This document shows, piece by piece, positions 19,513-29,669 of a stretch of 64,000 nucleotides of DNA (its first letter is position 1; each line of letters begins with the position of its first letter). The DNA comes from Candidatus Aenigmatarchaeota archaeon (lineage in GTDB: Archaea; Aenigmatarchaeota; Aenigmatarchaeia; GW2011-AR5). The stretch is taken from the NCBI GenBank assembly GCA_018304605.1, contig JAGVVU010000034.1:3555-67554 (forward strand). Direction: 5' to 3'. A program made the translations under genes and the position numbers. A model generated the notes under the pieces. It was not told the DNA's origin. It made no database searches and saw only the letters and a list, made by a program, of their open reading frames with translations.

Positions 19513-19788
19513 ATGACAAACCAAGTCCACTGCGCGCACATCCTTGTCAAGACAGAACAGGAAGCAAAAGATGTTTTAGAAGACCTAATAGACGGCACTA
19601 GCTTTGCATCTGTGGCACAGCAGAAATCACTGTGCCCGTCGCGCAAGCAGGGCGGCGACCTGGGAAGGTTCGGGCGCGGCCAGATGGTCAAGCCATTCGA
19701 AACGGCTGCATTCGCCCTTGAGAAAGGGCAGACGTCGCAACCGGTCAAAACGGAATTCGGCTGGCACATTATCAAGCGGCTGGGATGA
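19513..19788 (+). CDS. Parvulin-type peptidyl-prolyl cis-trans isomerase (PpiC/PinA-like, 92 aa)
   Basis: HILVKTEQEAKDVLEDL ... GGDLGRFGRGQMVKPFE ... FGWHIIKRL. Confidence 0.75.
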   Translation: MTNQVHCAHILVKTEQEAKDVLEDLIDGTSFASVAQQKSLCPSRKQGGDLGRFGRGQMVKPFETAAFALEKGQTSQPVKTEFGWHIIKRLG

Positions 19789-20297
19789 TAATGAATTTTT
19801 TAATAAGGCAGATAGAAAAAAGGGATTTCTCAAGGATTCATGAGATTGCACTAAAAGGCTGGCTCTTTGCATATGGATATCTGCCAAAAGAATCCCTGAA
19901 GGGCTTGGTAGACGAATACTATTCTGATGAGAGCCTTACTTTTTCCCTTAATCGCGTGGAAAGCGGCACGGATTTCTTCGCAGTCGCTGAGCTTAATGGC
20001 AAAATAATCGGCTTCTGCCATGTAACTGAAGAAAACCAAGAAGGCGCGGCAGAATTATTGCGACTTTACCTGGATTTAGATTACATGGGTCATGGAATAG
20101 CCAAACAGTTATTGGTGAACTGCGAAAACTTCCTTCGGGACAAAAGCTGCAGGAAATATAACACGTTCTGCAACAAGCACAACAAAAAGGGCATTGAATT
20201 CTATCTAAGGAATAAATTCCTCCATATAGAAAACAAAGACAAGGAAGACGAATTCAAAAACGGGAAAGTTCTGTGGCATCTTGAGAAGACGCTTTAA
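19785..20297 (+). CDS. GNAT family N-acetyltransferase
   Basis: GFCHV...LYLDLDYMGHGIAKQLL acetyltransferase core. Confidence 0.65.
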   Translation: MIMNFLIRQIEKRDFSRIHEIALKGWLFAYGYLPKESLKGLVDEYYSDESLTFSLNRVESGTDFFAVAELNGKIIGFCHVTEENQEGAAELLRLYLDLDYMGHGIAKQLLVNCENFLRDKSCRKYNTFCNKHNKKGIEFYLRNKFLHIENKDKEDEFKNGKVLWHLEKTL

Positions 20298-20462
20298 TTA
20301 CTCTTTTTCTATAATGACTTTGGATTTCTCTATTTTCGCTACGAGTTTGTCTTTGACATCAAGAGGGAAAGAACTGTCTTCAACTAATGATTTAGGTATA
20401 TAGATTATCCAGCCACCACGATCTTCTCTATAGTTCGCTTTGATGTTAACTTTTGAAGTCAT
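20298..20462 (-). CDS. Small hypothetical protein (54 aa)
   Basis: Clean ATG-to-TAA frame, divergent from the LAGLIDADG gene. Confidence 0.3.
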   Translation of the reverse strand: MTSKVNIKANYREDRGGWIIYIPKSLVEDSSFPLDVKDKLVAKIEKSKVIIEKE

Positions 20463-20520
20463 ATCTATTCTTTAGAATACAAAACTATTTATATTTAGCT
20501 TAACAAATGTTATAACATAA

Positions 20521-21312
20521 GTGATAACTATGGAGAGTGTGTACTTAGGAATTAGAAAGAATAAATTGAAGGCTGTAAAACTTCAAGAGAATAATAAATA
20601 TTTAGGACTTGCTTCTCTTACAGAAGGTTTCAAAAATTCAAGTGTTAGGTTACCAACAAAACTGACTCCGGAATTGGGGGAAGAAATCGGCATTCATATA
20701 GGTGACGGACATTTATCATCTAATCGTTACAGGTACAAACTTTTCGGTAACATAGACGAATCTGAATATTACGAGAATTTTGTGGCTGGATTGTACCAAA
20801 GGCTATACAACATAAACGTGAGATTAGAAAAAAGAGAAAGAGATGGTAATATCATAGGGTTTGAATTTTGTTCTAAACCCGTATGGATTTTCAAAACAAA
20901 AACCATCGGATTGATAACAGGTAGAAAAGACAATGTGTCAGTTCCCATCCTAATTCTAAACTCTAACCCGGCAATTTTGCGGGCATTCGTAAGAGGCTTA
21001 TTCGATACAGACGGGAATCTTTATTTCCAAAGCAGATATGGCTACAAAAACTACTATCCTCTTATTTCTCTTACATCCAAGTCAAAAGATTTATGCAAGT
21101 CGACATGTGAAATTCTGACAAAACTTGGATTCAAGGCAAATTATTACACAACACGAAATGAGGCAGTTGTCCAATTATATGGATATGAAAATCTTTTGAA
21201 ATATGCAAGTGAAATCGGGTGGCACAATACTAAACAGCTCAATAGATTCCTTGATTGGAAAAAACGCTTTCCGAATCTTGTGGAAAAGAAAAGGGCAGCT
21301 ATCGGGATTTGA
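20521..21312 (+). CDS. LAGLIDADG-family (double-motif) homing-endonuclease-like protein
   Basis: Motifs IGIHIGDGHL and LRAFVRGLFDTDGNL. Paralogue of the gene at 57008-57757. Its last 19 nt are antisense to the 3' end of tRNA-His. Confidence 0.7.
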   Translation: MITMESVYLGIRKNKLKAVKLQENNKYLGLASLTEGFKNSSVRLPTKLTPELGEEIGIHIGDGHLSSNRYRYKLFGNIDESEYYENFVAGLYQRLYNINVRLEKRERDGNIIGFEFCSKPVWIFKTKTIGLITGRKDNVSVPILILNSNPAILRAFVRGLFDTDGNLYFQSRYGYKNYYPLISLTSKSKDLCKSTCEILTKLGFKANYYTTRNEAVVQLYGYENLLKYASEIGWHNTKQLNRFLDWKKRFPNLVEKKRAAIGI

Positions 21313-21386
21313 ACCCGACCCGAAAGCTTTCTGTCAGCATAAGCTGGCCACAGGCTTGCATGCTACCAAGCTACACTATAGCTGCC
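21294..21386 (-). tRNA. tRNA-His(GUG) with encoded G-1 and an intron of about 19 nt after position 37
   Basis: G-1 opposite discriminator C73. Acceptor GCAGCTA/TAGCTGC. D arm GTGT-AGCTTGGTA-GCAT. Anticodon loop CTGTGG. T arm TCGGG-TTCAAAT-CCCGA. Confidence 0.7.
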
Positions 21387-21435
21387 ATTTGCCTATAGAG
21401 TGTATAAGAAAACATATTTAATAAAGAAGTGGGCA

Positions 21436-21795
21436 CTAGTCTTCTTCATAACCTAGCAGCTTAATTTTCAATGCTTTTTCCAGCTTTCTAGCGAGCGAAT
21501 CAGTTGGCCGCATTCCCTTCTCTACGCGCTCGAGCACTGACGCTTTCTCACTGATACGCTTTCCAAGCCCTTCCAGGCTCAACCCGGACTTCTTGCGAGC
21601 ATTAATGATAACGGAGGCGAATTCCGGATTCATCGAGGAAACACTGACATTCTTTGGTCTTTTCTCACTGACTCCGAAGCCTATCGGGTCAATCCTTCTT
21701 CCAAGCCTTGCGCAGGATTCGCAAACGTTCAGAAGCGTGCCCTCTACTTCTGCTTTTGCACCCGCATTAGAACGCCCGCATAGTTCGCATTCCAT
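21436..21795 (-). CDS. Archaeal MBF1-like transcription factor (N-terminal zinc ribbon plus C-terminal HTH_XRE)
   Basis: CELCG...CESC zinc ribbon. LSLEGLGKRISEKASVLERVEKG helix-turn-helix. Confidence 0.7.
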   Translation of the reverse strand: MECELCGRSNAGAKAEVEGTLLNVCESCARLGRRIDPIGFGVSEKRPKNVSVSSMNPEFASVIINARKKSGLSLEGLGKRISEKASVLERVEKGMRPTDSLARKLEKALKIKLLGYEED

Positions 21796-22064
21796 AATTC
21801 AATGTTAAGAAAAAAGCTTATAAGTGTCACTAATCAAAATAGGAGACGGTATGGTTCCACAAGGAGCATGCTACATAACTCCCTTGTGAACTATATGTGA
21901 ACCCAGAAAATACGAGAGGGGTTAACAATATGGCAGGCTTTCTAATCATAGCGGATATCCTGAACGGGATTAAGATTAGCCAGTAAACCATAAGCTGTCC
22001 CTGCTTCTTTTCTTTTCCAAGAATTTCCGCGGGGACATACAACTGTAAAACGAGGTGCATAGAA

Positions 22065-22573
22065 ATGCCAGGATCAACAGACGGCTTGGAAAGAAGAAAT
22101 AGGAGGATCGAAGGGTTTGGTGGGAGCTACATTGGTGAATTCCCACTTTCTATGACAAGGGATATGGACCCGACCACCAGAATCGTTTACGTTCAAATTG
22201 GAGACAGGGAGCATCCCGCCATTCCAAATGAAGATGGCAGCTGCAGGCTGCTACACCCTACGGTTACTCAAAGAGCCAGGAGATACAAAGACTCTTAGAA
22301 ATGGAGATGTAAAGCATGGTTGGTTACAGAGAAAAACCGAATTTGAGGAATGCCAGGAGGTCTGTTGTTTGGCCGATGGAGAATGTGCCAAGCCCTATCG
22401 GAACGTTGATCGTTTACAAAGAGAGGAAAATCCATCTTGCTCAACACCCTGAAGATGAAAATACATTTGCAAGAGTTTATCCAATTACTGAAGGCTACAG
22501 AAAAGGTGATTTTGCCTGCGTATCTGAGAGTGAAGCAAGAAGGCTTGGATATCTAACCGGAAAAGAATCTTAG
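22065..22573 (+). pseudogene. Possible hypothetical gene broken across three successive frames
   Basis: Three head-to-tail overlapping ORFs (22065-22298, 22198-22452, 22316-22573), each shifted by one frame. Interpretation is uncertain. Confidence 0.2.
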
Positions 22574-22616
22574 AAGCCTTTTAACCGCTAACTTCCAAAT
22601 ACCCTTAGGTCTTATT

Positions 22617-25451
22617 ATGAACAAGTCTCATGAAGATGAAATTAAACGCTTTTGGGGGAGCCGGGACATCTATGCCAAGGCGAAGGCCGACAGGCGCGGG
22701 GCGTCGGCCACTACCAGCAGGAAAAAATTCTATTTCTTGGACGGACCGCCATATGCGACCGGCAGCATCCACATGGGAACCGCCTGGAACAAGATTCTCA
22801 AGGACGCTTACATACGTTTCTGGAGAATGACGGGATTCGACGTCTGGGACCAGCCGGGATATGATACGCACGGACTGCCAATAGAAAACAAAGTAGAGAA
22901 GGATTTCCAGATAAAATCGAAGAGCGACATAGAAAAGCTTGGTATAGAAAAATTCATCCATGAGTGCAGGAAATTCGCGACAAAATACATAGACATCATG
23001 AACGCGCAGTTTGCAAACTTGGGCGTATGGATGGACTGGTCAAACCCGTACCTGACGCTTAACAACGAATACATAGAGGGCGCATGGCACACGTTCAAGA
23101 TCGCATTCGAGAAAGGCCTGCTGTATCAGGGACTGTATCCAGTCCATGTTTGCCCGCACTGCGAGACAGCCGTCGCCTACAATGAGATAGAATACACCAA
23201 GGTAACCGACCCCTCTGTTTATGTCAAGTTTCCGGCAAAAGGCGGCGAATTCCTCCTTATATGGACTACAACGCCGTGGACATTGCCAAGCAATACAGGC
23301 ATAATGGCCAAGCCGTCCGCTGATTATGTGAAAGTAAAGATCGGGGATGAGACGCTAATCATGGCGAAAGACCTGATGGATGACGTCATGAAGAGGGCTG
23401 GTGTAACAAGCTACAAGATAGTAGGGACCATGAAGGGGAAAAAGCTCGCGGATATGGAATATGATCATCCTCTAAAGGATATTTTCAGGTTCCAAGAGCC
23501 CGTCAAGCACCGCGTAGTTCTGTCCGAACAATATGTCGATCTGGAGAGCGGCACGGGTCTCGTTCACACTGCTCCGGGGTTCGGGCAGGAGGACTACAAG
23601 GTCGGTGTCGAAAATGGACTGGCAATAATATCCCCGCTGAAACTTAACGGGACGTTCAACGAGACTTGCGGGCAATTCGCCGGGATGTACGCGAAAACGG
23701 CGGACAGGAAAATAATGGACATTCTCAAGGAGCGCGGCCTGCTTCTTCACGAGGAGAAAGTCACTCACGATTATCCGCTTTGCTGGAGGTGCAGTTCACC
23801 GCTCCTGGAAATGGCTGTCAGCCAGTGGTTCTTCAAGGTGACTCAGATAAGAAAAGATCTTCTGAGGGAGAACAAAAAAGTGAACTGGTATCCGGAATGG
23901 GCCGGACAGAGATTCGAGAATTGGCTGAATAGCCTGGGCGACTGGCCGATATCAAGGCAGCGCTACTGGGGAATACCGCTCCCCATCTGGACGTGCGCAT
24001 GCGGTGAAGTCAAGATAATAGGCTCGTCGAGCGAACTGCCTTCAAAGCCAAAAGACCTTCACAGGCCCTATATAGACGCAATCAAACTTCCTTGCAAGTG
24101 CGGGCAGCAGATGACGCGCATCCAGGATGTCCTTGATGTCTGGTTCGACTCGGGGCTTGCGAGCTGGGCGTCTCTTGGCTATCCGGACAAAAAAGAATCC
24201 TTCGAGGGCATGTGGCCTGCCGACCTTAACATAGAAGGTCCGGACCAGATAAGGGGCTGGTGGAATTCCCAGTTGATAACCAGCGTGATAACGTTCGGTC
24301 GCGCCCCGTTCAAGAACATACTGTTTCACGGATTCACGCTGGATGTCCACGGATCGAAGATGTCAAAGAGCAAAGGCAATGCGACTGCACCCGAGGAAGT
24401 GATCGACAAATACGGCAGGGATGTTCTAAGGCTTTACCTGCTCTCTTCGCCCCCATGGGACGACTTCGTATTCAAATGGGCAGACGTGGACGGCATAGCA
24501 AAATCATTCATGGTTCTCGAGAACACCTACAATTACGTCAAGACATATGTTCCCAAGGCGAAAAAAGTGAAAAACCTCGAGCCTGAGGACGCCTGGATAC
24601 TTTCAAGGCTGAACGCGCTTGTTGACGAAGTTACAAGACACTACAAATCATACAACATACATCGTGCTGCTAACTCAATAACAAGCTTCATGCTCGAGGA
24701 CTTTTCCCGTGTATACATAAAAATGGTGCGGGACCGCGTATGGCCTACATACAATGAAAGCGACAAAGCATCGGCCGCGTTCGCGCTCCTTGAAGTCGCA
24801 AGAGAATGCTCAAAACTTCTCGCGCCAATGTGCCCGTTCTTCTCCGAGCATGTCTACCAGACGTGCGGACTTGGCAAGGAAGAGAGCGTGCACATGTGCA
24901 AATGGCCAAAGCCGTACAAAAAATATGCCAACCTTCAGATCGAGAAAGAGATGAAAATAGTGCAGGAAATAATCGAGGCCGTAAACGCGGCAAGGAAGGA
25001 AAATAACGTGAAAATAAGATGGCCGGTTGAGAGCGTGCATATAGAGACCGAGGATGAAACCGCGAAAAGCGCCGTGATAACATTTGAAAAAGTCCTGAAG
25101 AATATGACCAACTCGAAAGATGTGTCTATGGGAAAAACAGATGGCTATGAAAAAGACTTTTCCAAAGGCAAGATTTACGTTAGCAAAAACATTCTCAAGA
25201 ACGAGGCACTGCTGAGAGAGCTCTTCAGGGAAGTGCAGAGCCAAAGGAAGCAGAGCAAGCTGAATGTCGAGGATAAAATAGTGCTTTATCTCGACAATGA
25301 TTCGATGCAGGAGTTTGAAAAGGAAATAAAGGACAAGGTTGGCGCAAAGAACATCGTGTTCGGACCTGTTGGCAATCCCACTGGACATGTGCGTATTGAA
25401 GAGGAAAAAATATCCTTCAAGATCGAGGTCCTGCAGAAAATATACGACTAA
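22617..25451 (+). CDS. ileS: Isoleucyl-tRNA synthetase
   Basis: HMGTAWNKI (HIGH-type). WPISRQRYWGIPLPIW. KMSKSKGN. Confidence 0.9.
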   Translation: MNKSHEDEIKRFWGSRDIYAKAKADRRGASATTSRKKFYFLDGPPYATGSIHMGTAWNKILKDAYIRFWRMTGFDVWDQPGYDTHGLPIENKVEKDFQIKSKSDIEKLGIEKFIHECRKFATKYIDIMNAQFANLGVWMDWSNPYLTLNNEYIEGAWHTFKIAFEKGLLYQGLYPVHVCPHCETAVAYNEIEYTKVTDPSVYVKFPAKGGEFLLIWTTTPWTLPSNTGIMAKPSADYVKVKIGDETLIMAKDLMDDVMKRAGVTSYKIVGTMKGKKLADMEYDHPLKDIFRFQEPVKHRVVLSEQYVDLESGTGLVHTAPGFGQEDYKVGVENGLAIISPLKLNGTFNETCGQFAGMYAKTADRKIMDILKERGLLLHEEKVTHDYPLCWRCSSPLLEMAVSQWFFKVTQIRKDLLRENKKVNWYPEWAGQRFENWLNSLGDWPISRQRYWGIPLPIWTCACGEVKIIGSSSELPSKPKDLHRPYIDAIKLPCKCGQQMTRIQDVLDVWFDSGLASWASLGYPDKKESFEGMWPADLNIEGPDQIRGWWNSQLITSVITFGRAPFKNILFHGFTLDVHGSKMSKSKGNATAPEEVIDKYGRDVLRLYLLSSPPWDDFVFKWADVDGIAKSFMVLENTYNYVKTYVPKAKKVKNLEPEDAWILSRLNALVDEVTRHYKSYNIHRAANSITSFMLEDFSRVYIKMVRDRVWPTYNESDKASAAFALLEVARECSKLLAPMCPFFSEHVYQTCGLGKEESVHMCKWPKPYKKYANLQIEKEMKIVQEIIEAVNAARKENNVKIRWPVESVHIETEDETAKSAVITFEKVLKNMTNSKDVSMGKTDGYEKDFSKGKIYVSKNILKNEALLRELFREVQSQRKQSKLNVEDKIVLYLDNDSMQEFEKEIKDKVGAKNIVFGPVGNPTGHVRIEEEKISFKIEVLQKIYD

Positions 25452-25535
25452 GGGTTTTCCTTGGAAAGACCAGCCAAATTATCGGTCTTGCCAAGGTTTT
25501 TATACGATTCTTTCAAGTGTTAATATTCGACTCTC

Positions 25536-26630
25536 ATGAAGATGGTGCAAATGAAAAAAGCCGTGAATTTCCTTGAAAACATAAAGAAAACGGACGAGAT
25601 AGTCGTAGTATTCAACAATGACGGCGACGGGATATCTTCCTGCGTACTCCTTAACAAATTCCTGGCTAAGACGGGCAGGAAAAAGCCTTACATCATAAAC
25701 CAGCCCATGCCTATGGACAAGAACATCATACAAAGAATACAGACAACAGTGCCTCACAAGATAATATTTCTTGACATAGCCGCCGACCAGCAGCAAAACG
25801 TGCTCAAAAAGCTGGGTGGCATATGCGACATGATGATTGTGGATCACCACCAGGTCTTCAAGAACATGAACCAGCCAAAAGACGCATCTTCGATGCGCCG
25901 TACATCTGTTGTGGTGCATTACAATCCAAGGATGGAACGGCATGATGTCTACCAGTCCACTTCATACTGCGTGTACAAGATCTGCTCGAAGATAATCGAC
26001 ATGTCAGAAGACCTCTGGATAGCCGGGGTCGGCATGGTGTCTGACTACAACCTGAATGATTCGAAAGATCTTGTAAAAATCCTAAAAGAAAAATACGGCC
26101 TCAGCGAGCCGCTTTATGGGACCAAGCTGGGACGGATAGCGGACATGATTTCTGCAACGCGCGCAGTCAACGCGCTCTCATGCGAGCAGATGGTTGAGGT
26201 GCTGGAGAAAGCAAACTTCGAGGGCTTTGAAGAAGCAAAGAATGCGGATAAAATGATAGAGGCCCGGGATGCAATAGAGAAGGAAATGGCCTCACTGCTC
26301 CAGGATGTGGAGGAGCATTCCGAAAAGATAGGGAAGATATTGTTCTACAATATAAAATCCAAATTCAATCTGGGCTCGTCCTTATCGACGAAGGTAAGCG
26401 AGAATTTCCAGAAGGATCTGGTCATAATCTACGAGCGCAGCGGCAACAGGGTAAAGGTCTCGGCGCGAAACCAGGCAAAGAACATAAATGCTGGTCTCGT
26501 GCTTCAAAGGGCTGCGAGCTCTGCCGGTGGCAGCGGCGGAGGGCATGAAGCTGCCGCAGGCGCGACCATCTCCGCAGAAAACTGGGAGAAGTTCAGAGAG
26601 ATTCTGATAAAGTCAGTAAACAAGAGCTAA
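25536..26630 (+). CDS. DHH-family phosphoesterase (RecJ-like / nanoRNase-like)
   Basis: DHH motifs NNDGDGISS and VDHHQ. DHHA1 motif GGSGGGHEAAAG. Confidence 0.75.
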   Translation: MKMVQMKKAVNFLENIKKTDEIVVVFNNDGDGISSCVLLNKFLAKTGRKKPYIINQPMPMDKNIIQRIQTTVPHKIIFLDIAADQQQNVLKKLGGICDMMIVDHHQVFKNMNQPKDASSMRRTSVVVHYNPRMERHDVYQSTSYCVYKICSKIIDMSEDLWIAGVGMVSDYNLNDSKDLVKILKEKYGLSEPLYGTKLGRIADMISATRAVNALSCEQMVEVLEKANFEGFEEAKNADKMIEARDAIEKEMASLLQDVEEHSEKIGKILFYNIKSKFNLGSSLSTKVSENFQKDLVIIYERSGNRVKVSARNQAKNINAGLVLQRAASSAGGSGGGHEAAAGATISAENWEKFREILIKSVNKS

Positions 26631-27253
26631 AAATCAACACCCAAATGATTTAGGTCGTTTCTGAGCTTTTCAGCGCTCTCGAAAAGGATTGTATGAATGC
26701 CAAGTTCTTTTGCAGCAACCAACTTTTCCGGCGTATCATCAATCATGACACATTCATGCGGCTTGGCTTTTGCCATTTCAATGGCTTTTCTATAGATATC
26801 TTTGCCTGATCTTTTTGTCGACTTGGCATTAACTGAATCTATTACAAAATCAAATATTTTGTAATTTCCTTTCTCCAGATGGATCTTTAGGTGAACAGGG
26901 TCTACATCTGTTATCGAAGCAACCGTATAATTTTTCCCTTTCAATTTTATTATTATAGACTCAATATCAGGATTTATTGCGAACATTTCCTCTGCAGTCC
27001 ACATTTCAGCCAGGGTTTTCGTATCGATTCCAAGCTTTGAAGATAGGCGCTGATAATATTCTTCTTCGGCAATGTTTCCAATCCCAAATTCACTCCATAT
27101 ATCATGAAAAATCTTTTGCACATCTTCAATCCTAGAATTCAAAAGGCATGAAACCCTGTTTATCACATAACTTCCGGTCCCCTTTGCATATACGCCGCCA
27201 ATATCGAAGAATACAATTTTTATTGGGCTCATTTTCTCGCCACTATCATGCAA
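26627..27253 (-). CDS. HAD-superfamily hydrolase
   Basis: N-terminal IVFFDIGGV (DxG). C-terminal MIDD motif. Confidence 0.65.
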   Translation of the reverse strand: MHDSGEKMSPIKIVFFDIGGVYAKGTGSYVINRVSCLLNSRIEDVQKIFHDIWSEFGIGNIAEEEYYQRLSSKLGIDTKTLAEMWTAEEMFAINPDIESIIIKLKGKNYTVASITDVDPVHLKIHLEKGNYKIFDFVIDSVNAKSTKRSGKDIYRKAIEMAKAKPHECVMIDDTPEKLVAAKELGIHTILFESAEKLRNDLNHLGVDF

Positions 27254-27888
27254 TGCTTTTCCTCATGAGGTTCCAGGTCTATCATCTGGACAATCTCAAA
27301 TCCGGCTCTTTCCAGCCTGTTCTTTTCCTGCTCGTAAATCTGCTGCGGCCTTTTCGTTACGTCGATGCTTTGCGACTTTATCGCTATCATCAAACAGCCG
27401 CCTTTCTTCAGGAATTCCGTGGAATTCCTGATTGCCATATCGGTTTCTTGGGGGTCGGCTATATCACAGAATACTACATCGCATTCCTCTATCCACTTAT
27501 AGACCTCAGGCTTGCGGGCGTCAGCCATCATAGCAGCTATGTTTTTCCTCTGGTTCGCAAGCTCAACCAGGTTCCTAAGGACCCGCTCAGCGAACTCGAT
27601 GCCATAAGCGAATCCGTCCTTTCCTATGATATCACTTACATGGGAAATTGTCGTGCCTGTGGATGCCCCCAGATACAGGACTACGCTTCCTGGCTTGATT
27701 GGCATCTCTTTCAGCCCGTTGACTATGGCAGCACCAAGCTTGCTCCTCCTTGGATCCCACTCTCGAAGCTGCTTTGCGCCTTGCTTTTCATCAATCAGCT
27801 TCTCGCCATAAACCTTTTTGCCGGGGGTTAAATTAACCGTATAAACCCTGTTTCCGTCTTTGAATACGCCCGGGAAAATTTCCTTCAT
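27229..27888 (-). CDS. flpA: Fibrillarin-like rRNA/tRNA 2'-O-methyltransferase
   Basis: VLYLGASTGTTISHVSDI SAM-binding motif. Operon with Nop5. Confidence 0.9.
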   Translation of the reverse strand: MKEIFPGVFKDGNRVYTVNLTPGKKVYGEKLIDEKQGAKQLREWDPRRSKLGAAIVNGLKEMPIKPGSVVLYLGASTGTTISHVSDIIGKDGFAYGIEFAERVLRNLVELANQRKNIAAMMADARKPEVYKWIEECDVVFCDIADPQETDMAIRNSTEFLKKGGCLMIAIKSQSIDVTKRPQQIYEQEKNRLERAGFEIVQMIDLEPHEEKHCMIVARK

Positions 27889-28853
27889 CCAGACACCCTC
27901 TTTATCTCGTCTTCCATTTCCTTTCTGAGCTTCTCCGCATCGTCCCTGCCGGAATAATAATCTATGCGTGCAGCGAGCATCAGCTTTGACGATATTATCC
28001 TGGCTATTTTTCCCTTCTGCTCGTTCGTCGCGTTCTGTATCAAAGGCGAGTTGTAAATTATCCCGTACTTGGGGCTCTTGCCCTTCTGGTGGAGATGGCG
28101 AAACAATGCTTTCTCCGCGCCCAGAAGCTGTATTGTTGATGCCGGCATCCTTGCTATCTTTTCCATGGAACCTGCCGCAGCGATAAGGCGCGCCCCCAAA
28201 AGCGGATCGACCAAGGCAGAAAAGTTAGGCGCGACATCCCTCATTGCAGACGCCACGTATCTCTCGAGGTTCTTCTTCTGCTTTTCCATATCATCTATGG
28301 CTTTTGCAAAATCAGCCAGGGCTTTTTCATCCTCCTCATTCAGGTCTACGCCTGTGCTGGATTTGAAGCCGGGAATATTCCCGCGTCTGCCGTATTTCAG
28401 CACTGTGTCCTTCACGTTGACGTTCTTCATCTCCGGATAATGCAGCGAGAACCATTCGTAAAGGCGCTCAAGAAACACGTTAATCGCCCTCGTCAGATCG
28501 TCAAGGGACCTGACCGACTGGACGATAAGCCTGTCACGGCTTATCGCACCCATGAGGCTCCTTTTTGAGAGGGCAATAGAGAAGCCGGAGAGGAACTCAT
28601 TCAGCTCCTGATCGTCCTTTACGAATCCCAGGCTCTTTGCATAATCGCGAAAGCTCTTCCTTAGCAGCGCATAAGCACGCGGCGATTCTTCCGGCTTATA
28701 GCCAGAAAGGCTGGAAACAAAATCCTTGTCAAGTTCTTTAGCAAGGAATTTTTCTAATGCAACCTTCGGATTCCAGAGCTTGTAGTAAAGCAAGCTTCCG
28801 TCCTCTCCGAAGGCAAAAAGCCCCGCAGGGCTCCTTGCGATTAGCGCTCTCAT
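27885..28853 (-). CDS. nop5: Nop5/Nop56/58 C/D-box sRNP protein
   Basis: NOP domain (LGARLIAAAGSMEKIARMPASTIQLLGAEKALF). Adjacent to fibrillarin. Confidence 0.85.
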   Translation of the reverse strand: MRALIARSPAGLFAFGEDGSLLYYKLWNPKVALEKFLAKELDKDFVSSLSGYKPEESPRAYALLRKSFRDYAKSLGFVKDDQELNEFLSGFSIALSKRSLMGAISRDRLIVQSVRSLDDLTRAINVFLERLYEWFSLHYPEMKNVNVKDTVLKYGRRGNIPGFKSSTGVDLNEEDEKALADFAKAIDDMEKQKKNLERYVASAMRDVAPNFSALVDPLLGARLIAAAGSMEKIARMPASTIQLLGAEKALFRHLHQKGKSPKYGIIYNSPLIQNATNEQKGKIARIISSKLMLAARIDYYSGRDDAEKLRKEMEDEIKRVSG

Positions 28854-28928
28854 GAAATAAAGTGGTCATAAGAACGTATTAAAGCATTACCAAGAAAGAG
28901 ACGTTAGTCAATTCGAGAGGGAAATATA

Positions 28929-29117
28929 ATGGGAAATGTCAGAACAAAGGACATCAAGCGCGCTGCTTTCCAGCTGAAAGAGGCGTACAAGGACAAGTTC
29001 AGCGGCGGCTTCGAGAAGAACAAGGACGCCGTCAAGGAGCTTGGCTTGATAGAGAACAAGAGAATGAGGAACAGGGTCGTGGGCTATCTTACGCGCGCGA
29101 TGAAAAGGCCCGAATAA
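28929..29117 (+). CDS. rps17e: Ribosomal protein S17e
   Basis: MGNVRTKDIKRAAFQL... The 62-aa size matches archaeal S17e. Confidence 0.8.
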   Translation: MGNVRTKDIKRAAFQLKEAYKDKFSGGFEKNKDAVKELGLIENKRMRNRVVGYLTRAMKRPE

Positions 29118-29120
29118 AGC

Positions 29121-29657
29121 TTATAGTAAGGACTTCCAATTCTTCATATAAAATTGGGATTTTTTATCGAAGTCTTTTTTGGGTGTAATATCAATACCCA
29201 ATGATTCTAGCTTTTGTTTGAGAAAATAAAACTCCTTCTGTTTAGAAGCCTTGGAACACATCTTTTCAAGCTCAATTATGTAGCCGTGTCCCTTCGTGAA
29301 ATCCAGGCAAACTGTAATGCCACCCCATTTAAATTCAGACCTTTTTCTGAACCATTTTACTTTTATTTTATAGCCTAAATTAAGAAATAATTTTTCCAAG
29401 TTATCAAATTCCTTTCTGTCAAACTTGATTTCTATCTCTTCTCGATGATTATCATGCAATTTGCCTTTTTTCATCCATATTTTAGAAAAGAAATTATTTC
29501 TTTGTATCCTAAGGTCCTGGTCGAAGTAGAAAGTTTCCTGATTGTCGTTTTCTGTAATCATATCAGAATTTTTCTTGAAGAAATCCAACAGTTTCTTGTA
29601 CTGTTCTTTAGAAATAAAGCTCCTGACTTCCACTTCAATATTTTTCATGACAACCAT
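29121..29657 (-). CDS. CYTH-domain protein (class IV adenylate cyclase / triphosphatase fold)
   Basis: EVEVRSF ... alternating Glu/Lys beta-strand pattern of the triphosphate tunnel family. Confidence 0.6.
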   Translation of the reverse strand: MVVMKNIEVEVRSFISKEQYKKLLDFFKKNSDMITENDNQETFYFDQDLRIQRNNFFSKIWMKKGKLHDNHREEIEIKFDRKEFDNLEKLFLNLGYKIKVKWFRKRSEFKWGGITVCLDFTKGHGYIIELEKMCSKASKQKEFYFLKQKLESLGIDITPKKDFDKKSQFYMKNWKSLL

Positions 29658-29669
29658 CCAGAAATTTGA

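Noticed and set aside
24745-25388. Minus-strand ORFs inside ileS
   Set aside because: Antisense to the isoleucyl-tRNA synthetase gene.
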